DNA of 64,000 nt from an uncultured archaeon (GTDB lineage Archaea > Thermoproteota > Bathyarchaeia > Bathyarchaeales > Bathycorpusculaceae), in contig CAWENF010000021.1 in assembly GCA_963810275.1 (NCBI GenBank), positions 1 to 64,000 on the forward strand, in the 5' to 3' direction. Made by a program: the position numbers and the translations under genes. This document shows, piece by piece, positions 30,496 to 40,717 of the stretch. Each line of letters begins with the position of its first letter. Within the stretch, counting starts at the first letter, position 1. A model generated the notes under the pieces. That model was not told the DNA's origin. It was given only the letters and a program-made list of their open reading frames with translations, and ran no database searches.

Positions 30496-32592
30496 ATGCC
30501 TCGAATCAAGCAGCTTCCCAAAATCCAAGCTCTCATGACGTGCAAGGAGCACATTCGAAATATAGGCATAATTGCGCATATAGACCACGGCAAAACCACG
30601 TTAGCTGATTCACTGCTGGCGGGCGCAGGGCTGCTTTCACCTCAGATGGCGGGCATTGCAAGGGTGCTGGATTACCTTGAGGAGGAGCAGAAACGCAAAA
30701 TCACTATAAAAACCGCCAACACGAGCCTGCTTTACCGCTCTGGAGGAGAGGTTTATCTTGTTAACTTGGTGGATACGCCTGGACACGTGGACTTCACAGG
30801 CAAAGTAACCCGTGCCTTAAGGGTTATCGACGGAGCAGTTGTGGTGGTGGATGCAGTGGAGGAAATCATGGCGCAAACCGAAATTCTAACCCGCCAAGCA
30901 CTGGAGGAACGCGTTAAACCCGTCCTTTTTATAAACAAAATTGACCGTTTAATCAATGAGCTACATTTAAGCGAAGACCAAATTCAGCGTAAACTTGATC
31001 GCTTAATCGGAGCATTTAACGATTTAGTGGAGCTTTATGCTGAACCAAAGTTTTGTAGCCAATGTAAAATCAGCCCAGCACAGGGTAATGTGGCTTTTGG
31101 TGCTGCACTGCAAGGCTGGGGCTTCACGCTAGACATGGCTAAAGCTGCTGGGGTCAAATTCTCTGAAGTTATCGCAGCATGCAAAACAGGCACTTCCGCT
31201 GCTCTTGCCAAAAAGCTACCTTTGTACAACGCCATATTCAACATGGCAATCCATGCATTGCCAGACCCCAAAACAGCCCAGAGATATCGGATAGGCAAGA
31301 TCTGGAGCGGAAAAACGGATTCGGCAACTGGAAAAGTGCTTATGGATTGCAGTGACAAAGCAGTGAGCGTTATGTTTGTCACTAACGTCCAAGCCATGCC
31401 TGAAGGGGATTCGATGTGCACAGGTAGAGTGTTTTCTGGCAAGATCCAAAAAGGCATGCCCTTGCACCTTATAGAGGCGCTAGTGGATGTCGAAACAAAA
31501 ACCGTCTATCTTGACATGGGGGCGTTACGGGAGGAAGTCGATGAAGTCCCAGCAGGTAACCTAACAACATTGCTGTTATCTGGCAGGGTTAGGGCTGGCG
31601 AAACCCTTGTTGACGTAGATCATAAAGACATTTTGCCGTTTAAGGGAATTACGTATGTTTCTGAGCCTGTGGTGACGTTGGCGGTTGAACCTAAAAACCC
31701 ATCACAAATCGCTATGTTGAATTCTGGGTTGGAGAAGTTAACGGTGGAAGACCCTAATCTCAGAGCCACCATAGACGAGCAGACAGGAGAGTACTTGCTA
31801 AGCGGAATGGGTGAGTTGCATCTGGAGATAGCGGCTAATCAACTGCGGGGTTTGGGGGTGGAAGTTTCTGTTTCGTCACCTCGGGTTGTTTATAGTGAGT
31901 CAGTGTCTAAGGTAGGTATATTGGCCTTGGCAAGAGGCCCTGATAAGCGGAGTAGCTTCTGTGTTCAGATTGAACCCCAACAGGACCAACCCAGCCCAGG
32001 TGTTGTGCTTTGCATTGACAATAACCAGAACAGCCTGATAGACTTCAAAGCTAAGACCGCCTCTCTCTCAGAGGAATTCCAAGAAGCAATTAGAGCCGGC
32101 TTCAAATACGCCTGCAAAGGGGGTCCACTTTGTGGGGAACCTATGCGCCATGTCAGAGCCAATCTAATTGACCTCGAAGTCGCAGCTGGGGCAGGCGGCT
32201 CTGAAGTCATGCACGGGATCGGCAAAGCTATTTTTGGCAGCTTCTTAACTGCGGAACCCGCTCTTCAGGAACCAATATACAAAATCGAAGTTACAGTCAC
32301 CTCAGAGTTGGCAGGCGAATCCAACCGCATGCTTAAAACTCGGCGAGGGAAAGTCTCTCAGTTTCTCCAAAAGGGACAGCTAACCCATATTACAGGTTAC
32401 ATTCCCGTCGCCGAAACTTTTGGGTTCTCTAAGGAGCTGCGTTCCGCTACGTCGGGGCGGGCGGTTTGGCAATCGTTTTTTGACCACTGGCAAAAGCTTC
32501 CAAATAGGCTTTCCGCTGAAGTTATTTTTGAACTGCGCAACCGCAAAGGTTTAGCATCGGATGTGCCTAAGCCTGAAAAGTTCATGGAGTAA
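30496..32592 (+). CDS. Archaeal elongation factor 2 paralog (aEF-2p) lacking the diphthamide loop
   Basis: AHIDHGKTT, DTPGH, NKID, GMGELHL and LRSATSG; RKITI instead of RGITI; no HxDxxHRG. Confidence 0.85.
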   Translation: MPRIKQLPKIQALMTCKEHIRNIGIIAHIDHGKTTLADSLLAGAGLLSPQMAGIARVLDYLEEEQKRKITIKTANTSLLYRSGGEVYLVNLVDTPGHVDFTGKVTRALRVIDGAVVVVDAVEEIMAQTEILTRQALEERVKPVLFINKIDRLINELHLSEDQIQRKLDRLIGAFNDLVELYAEPKFCSQCKISPAQGNVAFGAALQGWGFTLDMAKAAGVKFSEVIAACKTGTSAALAKKLPLYNAIFNMAIHALPDPKTAQRYRIGKIWSGKTDSATGKVLMDCSDKAVSVMFVTNVQAMPEGDSMCTGRVFSGKIQKGMPLHLIEALVDVETKTVYLDMGALREEVDEVPAGNLTTLLLSGRVRAGETLVDVDHKDILPFKGITYVSEPVVTLAVEPKNPSQIAMLNSGLEKLTVEDPNLRATIDEQTGEYLLSGMGELHLEIAANQLRGLGVEVSVSSPRVVYSESVSKVGILALARGPDKRSSFCVQIEPQQDQPSPGVVLCIDNNQNSLIDFKAKTASLSEEFQEAIRAGFKYACKGGPLCGEPMRHVRANLIDLEVAAGAGGSEVMHGIGKAIFGSFLTAEPALQEPIYKIEVTVTSELAGESNRMLKTRRGKVSQFLQKGQLTHITGYIPVAETFGFSKELRSATSGRAVWQSFFDHWQKLPNRLSAEVIFELRNRKGLASDVPKPEKFME

Positions 32593-32597
32593 CGGCT

Positions 32598-33458
32598 ATG
32601 AGACTATCTGTTTCTTTTAACTTAGATTTTTCGCTTTGCTGCGGTCAGGTATTCCGCTGGAAGAAGATTGATGGCTGGTGGTATGGGGTCGTCGGCGATA
32701 AAGTGGTTAAAATTCGCCAGTGCGGCAAGGAATTAGAGTTTGTAGGTGCAGATGAGGATTTTGTGCGGAGCTACTTTGGATTAGACGATGATTTAGAAGC
32801 AATCAGCATGAGCGTTAACAAAGATTCCTATATTGCGGCAGCGTTAGAGAGGTTTAGGGGACTTAGGCTGGTGCGTCAAGACCCATGGGCTTGCCTTGTC
32901 GGTTTTATTTGTTCCACTAACAAAAATATCGCCGCCATAGAGGATATGCTGCGTAAAATGTCTATACGTTACGGCGAGAAACGTTGCTTTAGCGGTAAAA
33001 CATTTTACCTGTTCCCTACTGCTGAAGCGTTGGCTAAGGTTTCTGAGTCGGAGTTGTTGGGGTGCAGTTTAGGTTATCGCGCTAAATTCGTCCATCAAAC
33101 CGCCAGAAAGGTTGTTGAAGAAAAAATCAATCTTAATGCTCTAAAAACTGCGGCATATCTTGAGGCACGCGAAAAGCTACTGGAGTTCTGCGGCGTGGGG
33201 CCTAAAGTGGCGGATTGTGTTTTGCTATTTTCTCTGGGTAAAACTGAAGCGTTCCCTGTAGACGTATGGGTTAAACGCGTCATCCTCAACCACTATGCGG
33301 ACAAGTTTTCAACTGAATCCGTACGCAAGATGCAGAGCCACAACTCACTCTCAAATGGTGAGTACCAGAAAATCGGAGACTTTGCACGTACCTATTTTGG
33401 GAAATACGCTGGCTACGCACAAGAATACCTCTATCACTATGAGCGAACGCAAACTTAA
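32598..33458 (+). CDS. ogg1: 8-oxoguanine DNA glycosylase, OGG1-type
   Basis: CGQVFRW, LRLVRQDPW, LGYRA, HhH GVGPKVADC, FPVDVW and YAGYAQ. Confidence 0.9.
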   Translation: MRLSVSFNLDFSLCCGQVFRWKKIDGWWYGVVGDKVVKIRQCGKELEFVGADEDFVRSYFGLDDDLEAISMSVNKDSYIAAALERFRGLRLVRQDPWACLVGFICSTNKNIAAIEDMLRKMSIRYGEKRCFSGKTFYLFPTAEALAKVSESELLGCSLGYRAKFVHQTARKVVEEKINLNALKTAAYLEAREKLLEFCGVGPKVADCVLLFSLGKTEAFPVDVWVKRVILNHYADKFSTESVRKMQSHNSLSNGEYQKIGDFARTYFGKYAGYAQEYLYHYERTQT

Positions 33459-33485
33459 AATGGCGTCGTCCAGCAATACCTGACG

Positions 33486-33749
33486 GTGGTTAAGTTGATG
33501 AGTGAAGGGAAAATTGACGAGTTAATCAGGCATAAACGGGTGTTTCTTCGGCAATCCAAGCCGGATTACGCTGCTGGTGGCGGCGACATGCTTGACGATT
33601 TGGAGGCAATGTTGATGGATGCAAAAAATGAGTTGTTGCACAATTTGGAGCTTGCTAGTTGCCTGAAAGAGGAAAACGAAGAGACTTACCAAAAAGAATG
33701 CTCATCCATGTATGCGGTTTGGTTTGAGAAGTGGTTTGGTAAAGTTTGA
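33486..33749 (+). CDS. Hypothetical protein
   Basis: Operon-like spacing; ends WFEKWFG. Confidence 0.55.
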   Translation: MVKLMSEGKIDELIRHKRVFLRQSKPDYAAGGGDMLDDLEAMLMDAKNELLHNLELASCLKEENEETYQKECSSMYAVWFEKWFGKV

Positions 33750-34061
33750 CCGCTTTTTTGTTTTCTATTTAGGAAGAAGAGGAACGTTGCCGTGCACTTC
33801 AGCTTCTCTGTATTTAAGAAAAGCTTCTTAGTTTCCGCGCTTGCTAATCGTTGAGTGCATATTGAGGCAGCTTCTACACAAGCAAAACTGCTATTCCCGC
33901 GTTTAACATTGTCATACATGAGTTTTTGATAGGTTGCTTTTAAAGTCCGCACCAGAACAGCCTTGTCAATATTTCTATACTAAGAACATAAATGTAAGTC
34001 AAGAAAGTTTGACAAAAAATCTTTTAAACAAAAATCAATCCCACAAAAGTTTGATGACAAA

Positions 34062-34259
34062 ATGAAAAAAGCCATCCTCCTATTTACTTTACTGGTGCTC
34101 TTGACCACTGCCCTGCTTTTGCTTATCTCATCGGTTTTATCTTCCTGCAATACTCCATCGCCGTTTCTGATAGCAGCCACCATAGTCTCCGTCGTAGCAT
34201 TGTCCGGTGCGTTTTTCTCACTCTATACTGAGCATAGAGTAAAAAATAGGATAGATTAG
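34062..34259 (+). CDS. Small membrane protein
   Basis: Two hydrophobic segments. Confidence 0.4.
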   Translation: MKKAILLFTLLVLLTTALLLLISSVLSSCNTPSPFLIAATIVSVVALSGAFFSLYTEHRVKNRID

Positions 34260-34290
34260 GCTCTAACTAAAAATAGGAAAAAGAGTTTAT

Positions 34291-34572
34291 TTACTCTTTG
34301 CACGTTTTCAGATTACGCAGCTCTTCAAGTGTATGGTTTAGGATGGCGGTATCACTGATGGTTTTAACGTCACCGACGGGCAAGCACACGACAACTTTTC
34401 CAAGATACGGGTGCTTAAAGCCCAAAGCGTTTGTGGCTTCCTCGCTTAAAGTGATAAACAGGCTTGTAACCTGCCAAGTATCCATGTTGAGGTCGGCGCT
34501 GTGGATTTCTCCCAGCAAGAAATTGTCTGAGGTGTAGGCTTTTTTCCAGAAAAGACGGGTGATTTCAACCAT
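34291..34572 (-). CDS. PRC-barrel domain protein
   Basis: KKAYTSD..LLGEI...D.W.V...LP...VKTISD..IL pattern. Confidence 0.75.
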   Translation of the reverse strand: MVEITRLFWKKAYTSDNFLLGEIHSADLNMDTWQVTSLFITLSEEATNALGFKHPYLGKVVVCLPVGDVKTISDTAILNHTLEELRNLKTCKE

Positions 34573-34829
34573 AAAGTAACCTTCTATATGAAAAGATGCG
34601 GGCGGGTTCTTATATCTGTTTTTTTGTCTTTGCTGTTTTTTTCTCTATCTGACGAATTCTTCGGCACCGTAAGATTGATTACTTCTGCAAACTGCTCTTT
34701 AGGATTCAGACTGCTTTTCCCGATAAGGTGTAGGTGCAGAGTTTTCTTGCACAAATTAACATGACCTCACTGCAGATTAGATGATGTTGTTTTTAGAAGC
34801 CTTTTTTATACTCAAGCAACATTGTTTCA

Positions 34830-35219
34830 ATGGTGCATTTTTTGTCTGCTTCTCAAAGCCAAAATCCAAAACTAACCCCTGAAGAAGAAAAAGTAATCAT
34901 ACATAAAGGCACTGAGATACCCTTTACAGGCAAATACTACGCTTTCTGGGATAAGGGCACCTACGTTTGTAGGCGATGTGGCGCCAAACTCTACAGATCC
35001 GAGAACAAGTTTGATGCGGGCTGTGGCTGGCCGAGTTTTGATGACGAAATTCCAGGCGCAGTCAAGCGCATTCCGGACGCTGACGGTGTTCGCACGGAAA
35101 TTCAGTGTACTAACTGCGGCGCCCACCTAGGACACGTCTTTACAGGCGAGCGTTTCACAGAGAAAAATACGAGGCACTGCGTAAACTCGATCTCTATGCA
35201 ATTCATCCCTGATATGTAA
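34830..35219 (+). CDS. msrB: Methionine-R-sulfoxide reductase
   Basis: GTE.PFTG, KFDAGCGWPSF, HLGHVF and RHCVNS. Confidence 0.95.
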   Translation: MVHFLSASQSQNPKLTPEEEKVIIHKGTEIPFTGKYYAFWDKGTYVCRRCGAKLYRSENKFDAGCGWPSFDDEIPGAVKRIPDADGVRTEIQCTNCGAHLGHVFTGERFTEKNTRHCVNSISMQFIPDM

Positions 35220-35257
35220 GGGGCAAGTAATTAGCACATTCAACCCAATAAATCGCT

Positions 35258-35602
35258 GTGATGAGTATGTCAAAAAATAATGTTAGTTTATTATCAAACG
35301 CCGCTAGCCTCTCAGAACTGGTTGCGTATCAGGAGGACTCAGTGGTCAGCCGCACCCTCATAGACAAAAACGCAGGCTCCGTTACGCTGTTTGCGTTTGA
35401 TGCGGGTCAAGGACTTAGCGAACACACTGCACCCTACGACGCCATGGTCTACATATTTGATGGAGAGGCACAGGTTACGATCGCAGGAACACCCCTCAAT
35501 CTCAAAGCAGGCGACGCCACCATCATGCCCGCAAACAAGCCTCACGCACTAACAGCAAAGAACCGTTTCAAAATGCTGCTGATTATGATAAAATCAGCCT
35601 AA
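35258..35602 (+). CDS. Cupin domain protein
   Basis: LFAFDAGQGLSEHTAP and MPANKPHAL. Confidence 0.88.
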   Translation: MMSMSKNNVSLLSNAASLSELVAYQEDSVVSRTLIDKNAGSVTLFAFDAGQGLSEHTAPYDAMVYIFDGEAQVTIAGTPLNLKAGDATIMPANKPHALTAKNRFKMLLIMIKSA

Positions 35603-36220
35603 ACCGCTACCCCAACCGTCAAAGTAACAGAAGTCTTCTAAAGTTTTTTTCTTTGGAGGATGCGGCTTCTCAGCAGCGTAACCCAACACTACAAACGCCT
35701 GCGGCTCCACTCCCTTGGGTATTTTTAAGTTTTCGCGGACGACTTCTTTGCAGAAGCAAGGGGCCGCATACCAACAGCCGCCTAACCCTATCTCTGTTGC
35801 CATTAAAAACAGGTTTTCCAATGCGGCCCCCAAGCTCTGCACTGCCAAATCCCGCACGCAACTTCGGCGCCGCTCGTCGGGATAGATGGGTAAGCCTTCG
35901 ACGGGTGTAGTGCAAGCCAGGATGAGGACGGGTGCTTTTGCGAAGCGACCGGCACGTTCTTTGCGTGTTTCTGGGGTGACAGTTTTGCCGTCGCTTTCTA
36001 TGTCTGCAGCCCATGCTTGCGCCATTTCGTGTGCAAGCTGCTGCTTAACCGCAGGGTTTTCCAATATTATGAATCTGTAAGATTGGGCGTTGTGGGCAGA
36101 TGGAGCTTGTCCCGCCGCCTCCAAAACCGCCAAAACCATTTCTCTGGAGACATGTTTAGACTTGTATTTGCGGATGCTGCGACGCTGACGTATCGCTTCC
36201 TTTAAACTGGCCATATTCAT
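35594..36220 (-). CDS. Nitroreductase family protein (FbiB C-terminal-like)
   Basis: RRSIRKY, APSAHNAQ and LGGCW. Confidence 0.85.
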   Translation of the reverse strand: MNMASLKEAIRQRRSIRKYKSKHVSREMVLAVLEAAGQAPSAHNAQSYRFIILENPAVKQQLAHEMAQAWAADIESDGKTVTPETRKERAGRFAKAPVLILACTTPVEGLPIYPDERRRSCVRDLAVQSLGAALENLFLMATEIGLGGCWYAAPCFCKEVVRENLKIPKGVEPQAFVVLGYAAEKPHPPKKKTLEDFCYFDGWGSGLG

Positions 36221-36244
36221 AGAAAAGAAAAGTATTGTTTTAAA

Positions 36245-37273
36245 TTATTCGGGGTTGGGCTGCAAAATCACTTTGAGGCTGTTGCCTGCTTCCGTCATCA
36301 ACCTGAATCCTTCCTGCGCTTGCCTAAGAGGCAATCGATGTGTAATCATGTCCGAGACATTGATTTTATCCGTTGTCAAAATTTGCAGGGAGTCTTTAAT
36401 GTCGTTGGGCGCGGCGCCATAGCTTGTGCGCATCGTGATTTCGTTTCGCCAGAACTGGTTAATTGGCACCTGAAGTTTGACTGATGGATCGGGCACAGCA
36501 AAGAACAAAATCGTGCCACCGCTTTCTACGCAATCCATTGACACCATTGCTGCTGAGATTGCGCCCGTGCACACGATAACTTGATCTGCAAGATGCCCGT
36601 CGAGGGCTTCTTTTAGTTTGGTTGGCAGGTTATCACGAGCGTCAAGCGCGCATGTTGCACCGAATTTCTTTGCCAGGTCCAAACGGTAGGGGTTGATGTC
36701 TGCCACAACAATGTTTTCAACGCCTTTATACTTGGCAAGCTGCACGTGCAAAATGCCGCTAATACCGCCGCCAATGATAAACACACTGTCATCTTTTTTT
36801 ATCCCAGAAAGACGTTGCCCACGTGAAACGCACGCCAACGGCTCAATAAACGTGCCCTCCTCAAAGCTCATAGAGTCGGGGAGCGTGTAGATGCCGGACT
36901 GTACGTTAATTTTTGGCACCAAGACATATTGTGCAAAACCTCCTGGATAGTAGTTGGTTGTATGAAGGGTATGGCAGGCGGTTTGGTTGGCTCGCTGGCA
37001 GTGGCGACACTCGAAGCAGGGGACGTGGTGGCTGACAAATACGCGGTCGCCCACTTTGTAATCCTTGACTTTGTCGCCGACTTGCGTGATAACACCTGTG
37101 GCTTCGTGCCCAAGCACACGCGGGGCTTTGGGCACTCGGTACCATTCAATTACGTCGCTGCCGCATATTCCGCTCGCCATTACCTTAAGCAGAACTTCTT
37201 CCTCGCCTGCCCTCGGAATGGGAAGTTCCTCAACTCGAATGTCGTGGTTATTGTAGTAAAAAGCAGCTAACAT
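36245..37273 (-). CDS. Zn-dependent medium-chain alcohol/polyol dehydrogenase
   Basis: GICGSD, GHE, CxxCxxC structural Zn, EPLAC and GGGISG. Confidence 0.9.
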   Translation of the reverse strand: MLAAFYYNNHDIRVEELPIPRAGEEEVLLKVMASGICGSDVIEWYRVPKAPRVLGHEATGVITQVGDKVKDYKVGDRVFVSHHVPCFECRHCQRANQTACHTLHTTNYYPGGFAQYVLVPKINVQSGIYTLPDSMSFEEGTFIEPLACVSRGQRLSGIKKDDSVFIIGGGISGILHVQLAKYKGVENIVVADINPYRLDLAKKFGATCALDARDNLPTKLKEALDGHLADQVIVCTGAISAAMVSMDCVESGGTILFFAVPDPSVKLQVPINQFWRNEITMRTSYGAAPNDIKDSLQILTTDKINVSDMITHRLPLRQAQEGFRLMTEAGNSLKVILQPNPE

Positions 37274-37298
37274 AAAAAAGCTCCAAAAAATGGTGGGC

Positions 37299-38096
37299 TT
37301 AGGCTTTGCCCGCAATTACCTCGTTGTAAAGGTCTTCTGCTTCCGCCGCCGTGTAGCCGTCGTGGATTATGGCTCTTATGGCTCGGATAGAAGCGACGGG
37401 GTACTCGGTTTGCCAGATGTTTCTGCCCAAGTTAACGCCTGCAGCGCCCTTCTGCATACCGTCATAGACGAAGTCGAAAACTTCTCGCTGCGTATCGGCG
37501 CGAGGTCCACCAGCGATGACAATGGGGACGGGGCAGCCGTTGACGACTTTCTCAAAATTTTCTTTACAATAGTAGGTTTTGACGACACGAGCACCGATTT
37601 CAGCTGCTATTCGGGCGGACAATGCTAGGTAGCGGGCTTCACGTTTTTCAAGTTCTTTGCCTACTGCGCAGACTGCCATGACCGGGACGCCGTAGTCTTC
37701 ACATTCGTCAATTAATGTGGAAAGGTTGGTAAGGGATTTGTTTTCGTATTTGCTGCCGACAAACACAGACATTGAAACAGCGGAGGCGTTTAATCGGACG
37801 ATTTCTTTGATCGAAGTGACTAAAGATTCGTTTGCCAAATCCTCACCCACAACCGAAACAGCACCAGAGACCCGCATTATAATAGGCTTCTCAATCGCTG
37901 GGTCAACACAGTTCCGCAAAACCCCACGGGTCAGCATGACTGCGTCAGCGTACTGGTAAATCTGTTTGATGGTTTCTCCAGGTTTCTCAAGGCATCGAGT
38001 GGGTCCTTGGAAGTAGCCATGGTCAATAGGTAAAAAGAGGGCTTTTCCATCTTTTTGGAAAAGCCTGTTTAGGCGGTTTTTCATTCCCCAATCCAT
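37299..38096 (-). CDS. lsrF: LsrF/DhnA-type class I aldolase/thiolase
   Basis: MDWGMKNRL, DHGYFQGP, VKTYY Schiff-base Lys, AGG and GRNIWQ. Confidence 0.85.
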   Translation of the reverse strand: MDWGMKNRLNRLFQKDGKALFLPIDHGYFQGPTRCLEKPGETIKQIYQYADAVMLTRGVLRNCVDPAIEKPIIMRVSGAVSVVGEDLANESLVTSIKEIVRLNASAVSMSVFVGSKYENKSLTNLSTLIDECEDYGVPVMAVCAVGKELEKREARYLALSARIAAEIGARVVKTYYCKENFEKVVNGCPVPIVIAGGPRADTQREVFDFVYDGMQKGAAGVNLGRNIWQTEYPVASIRAIRAIIHDGYTAAEAEDLYNEVIAGKA

Positions 38097-38309
38097 AAGT
38101 GTTTCCTCGCATGTGCTGTTGGTTTAGGGTGTAAATAACTTTATCCTATCAGACTGAGAAAAGCTATGCAACGATAATAGAGCGCAGAGTAGAAAGACCC
38201 TCAATGAAGTGAACGTCCATCCATTTTTTATGATTTATTATGAGCGTATCACAACCAAATTTATATTGTATCAATCACTAATATAGCAAAACAACCAAAA
38301 AGTGAAAAC

Positions 38310-38462
38310 ATGCATAAATGTTCAGAATGTAAAACCCAGATGGAATTTAAGGGCGAAATCAGCCATGAGGATGGTCTCTTTTTCTATCAATGTCCCAACT
38401 GTAAAAATGTCGAGTTACGGGAAAGGCAATACGAAGGCGACCTAAAAATGAGCTACCACTAA
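38310..38462 (+). CDS. 50-aa zinc-ribbon microprotein (not in ORF track)
   Basis: MHKCSECK...YQCPNCKN; TTTATA TATA box upstream. Confidence 0.65.
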   Translation: MHKCSECKTQMEFKGEISHEDGLFFYQCPNCKNVELRERQYEGDLKMSYH

Positions 38463-38737
38463 CCGGGCAAGGTAACCACACCAATGAGCAACACGTTTTA
38501 GGGCTAAATTTTTTGTTTTAAACCCTACAGCGGTAAAACAAGCCCATTTTAAATATGCATATTCCGCTGTTGCATACAAGGTATAATCAAGTTAGAAATC
38601 TGTTGATTGCCTACTTTTAAGTGGGTTAAAAATACCGGCCTATGGAATATACTCATCGGGACTAATAACACTGCAAAAAACCATTCCCTTAGGTAATAAG
38701 CTCAAAGTTGATTTCGCTTAATCCGAAGATGTCTAAA

Positions 38738-38911
38738 CTATTTTTTGCGTGAAAGTAACGCAGCGGCTATTATACCCAAGCCTAAGCCAGTCATCAGTGA
38801 CCCGACGAAGTATAGAGTCGATAGAGGTAGGAGAAAGAATCCCACGCCTAAGCCAACTACTACGCCACCGCCAATGGCCCATGTGCTTCTATCTTCTTTT
38901 TTAAAGGTCAT
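38738..38911 (-). CDS. 57-aa Gly-rich two-TM membrane protein (not in ORF track)
   Basis: MTFKKEDRSTWAIGGGVVVGLGVG...GLGLGIIAAALLSRKK. Confidence 0.6.
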   Translation of the reverse strand: MTFKKEDRSTWAIGGGVVVGLGVGFFLLPLSTLYFVGSLMTGLGLGIIAAALLSRKK

Positions 38912-39043
38912 AGGAATTAAATCACTTTTTTACTATTTAAATTTATATTTCTTCAAAAATATACTAAATAGAGACGTTAGATATATTAAATTTGAATAAT
39001 AAATACACTAATTAAACAAATAATAAACCAGTGAAATCAAGGT

Positions 39044-39721
39044 ATGAATAACTATAGAAGAACCGCAATAATAGTTGGAATATTATTTATCATAGGCACC
39101 ATTGTACTAATCTCCAGCGGAGTCTTCTCAGAATCCATCCACGCCCCAGACTACCTAAACACTGTAGCGGCAAACCAAAACAGCATAAAAACCGCTGTGT
39201 TAATCGAGTTAATTTCCGCCGCGGCCATAGTAGGAATCCCCATCGCACTGTACCCTATTCTAAAGAAGTACAGCCAAACCTTAGCCGTTGGATACCTAAC
39301 GGCAAGAATATTTGAAGTTATCTTTTTAGTTGCAGGAACAGTCATCCTATTAACAATCTTATCCTTAAGCCAGGAATACATTGTAACAACTAGCACATCC
39401 ACTTTTTACAGTGGAGCCGGCGTATTGCTACTAGCAGCCAGAGACTGGTGCGGCATACTCTTAGATTTCCCCTTCGCTATAGGCGCAGTAATCTTGAACT
39501 ATGTCTTCTACAAGACACTGCTTATACCAAAGTGGTTCTCCGTTTGGGGCATCTTCGGAGGTGCATTATGGTTAGCCATAGCGCCCCTTCGGTTATTCGG
39601 AGTAGATAACATTATGATTGAGGTTTTAGCGCTTCCCATAGCAGCTCAAGAAATGGCGCTTGCCGTTTGGCTAATAGTAAAAGGATTTAGGACAGTGACA
39701 AACCATGAACCCAGTACTTGA
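39044..39721 (+). CDS. DUF4386-like membrane protein
   Basis: RRTAIIVGILF, LYPILKK, LIPKW and LAVWLIVKGF. Confidence 0.75.
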   Translation: MNNYRRTAIIVGILFIIGTIVLISSGVFSESIHAPDYLNTVAANQNSIKTAVLIELISAAAIVGIPIALYPILKKYSQTLAVGYLTARIFEVIFLVAGTVILLTILSLSQEYIVTTSTSTFYSGAGVLLLAARDWCGILLDFPFAIGAVILNYVFYKTLLIPKWFSVWGIFGGALWLAIAPLRLFGVDNIMIEVLALPIAAQEMALAVWLIVKGFRTVTNHEPST

Positions 39722-40316
39722 AGCAATAAACAACCGAAAGTCCGTCAGGGCTTACGAATCAACTCCAATCCCCCATGAGGTAGTAGAAAAAATAATAGAA
39801 GCAGCCAACCAAGCACCATATACTTCAATGACGCGTTCGCAACCGTGGCGTTTCGCAGTAGTAGAAGACAAAGAGTTCAAGCAGAAACTACTCCAAACCG
39901 CTATGCCGTTTTGGAAACAAATGATTGAACCCATGAAAGACAACGTACCAGAAATGTACAAGATGGCTACTTGCATCTACGACGCCATAGACGAACCCAA
40001 AGACGTAATCTACTACAACGCACCAACCATCCTATTCGTAGTCGGACCCGCAGACAACCCGTTTAGCAGCGTTCTTGCATGCGAAAACGCCATGATAGCG
40101 GCGGAATCGCTAGGGCTTGGGAGCTGCTACGTTGGCTTTGGTGGAATGGTGAAAGGCAACCCCGAAGTCGTCGCAGCCTTGGAACTAAAAGACAACGAAG
40201 CAATATTCGGACCTATACTGCTTGGCTACCCCAAAAAAGATCCTACGCCTAAATTGGCTGAAGCCCTAGCCTCAATTAAACCAATAAAAAAACAACCAGT
40301 CACAAAATGGATCTAG
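39705..40316 (+). CDS. Nitroreductase family protein
   Basis: RKSVRAY, QPWRF, LGLGSC and LGYP. Confidence 0.88.
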   Translation: MNPVLEAINNRKSVRAYESTPIPHEVVEKIIEAANQAPYTSMTRSQPWRFAVVEDKEFKQKLLQTAMPFWKQMIEPMKDNVPEMYKMATCIYDAIDEPKDVIYYNAPTILFVVGPADNPFSSVLACENAMIAAESLGLGSCYVGFGGMVKGNPEVVAALELKDNEAIFGPILLGYPKKDPTPKLAEALASIKPIKKQPVTKWI

Positions 40317-40317
40317 T

Positions 40318-40710
40318 ATGTCACAAATTAGCACAGCCGGCAAGGCACTTATTACTGTTCTGCTGTTTCGCTTGCTTTTCGGCGGATACATAGCAGGCAT
40401 GGATCAGTACAGCTTTTATGACACAACAAGCGCTTTAACAGTTCTTTTTATTTATGGGCTACTAGGCGTTTTCGCTATCGTTTTCTTGTTAGGCTCCAGA
40501 GTTGGTTTGCTGGGTATAATCGGCTTAGATAGTGTGTTTTTGGTTTTGCAGGTGGCGTTTATGATGATTTCGCTTGGTCAAATTGCTGACGCTGGACCTC
40601 ATAGCCCTGCTAGCAACATTGAAGCAACAATTTTAATGGTGACTTTTAGCATCTTAACGTTGGCACTCGCCGTAAAAACGTACAAGAAAGAAAAGCAACT
40701 AAAAACTTAA
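40318..40710 (+). CDS. Membrane protein
   Basis: Four hydrophobic helices; operonic spacing. Confidence 0.65.
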   Translation: MSQISTAGKALITVLLFRLLFGGYIAGMDQYSFYDTTSALTVLFIYGLLGVFAIVFLLGSRVGLLGIIGLDSVFLVLQVAFMMISLGQIADAGPHSPASNIEATILMVTFSILTLALAVKTYKKEKQLKT

Positions 40711-40717
40711 ATTAGCC

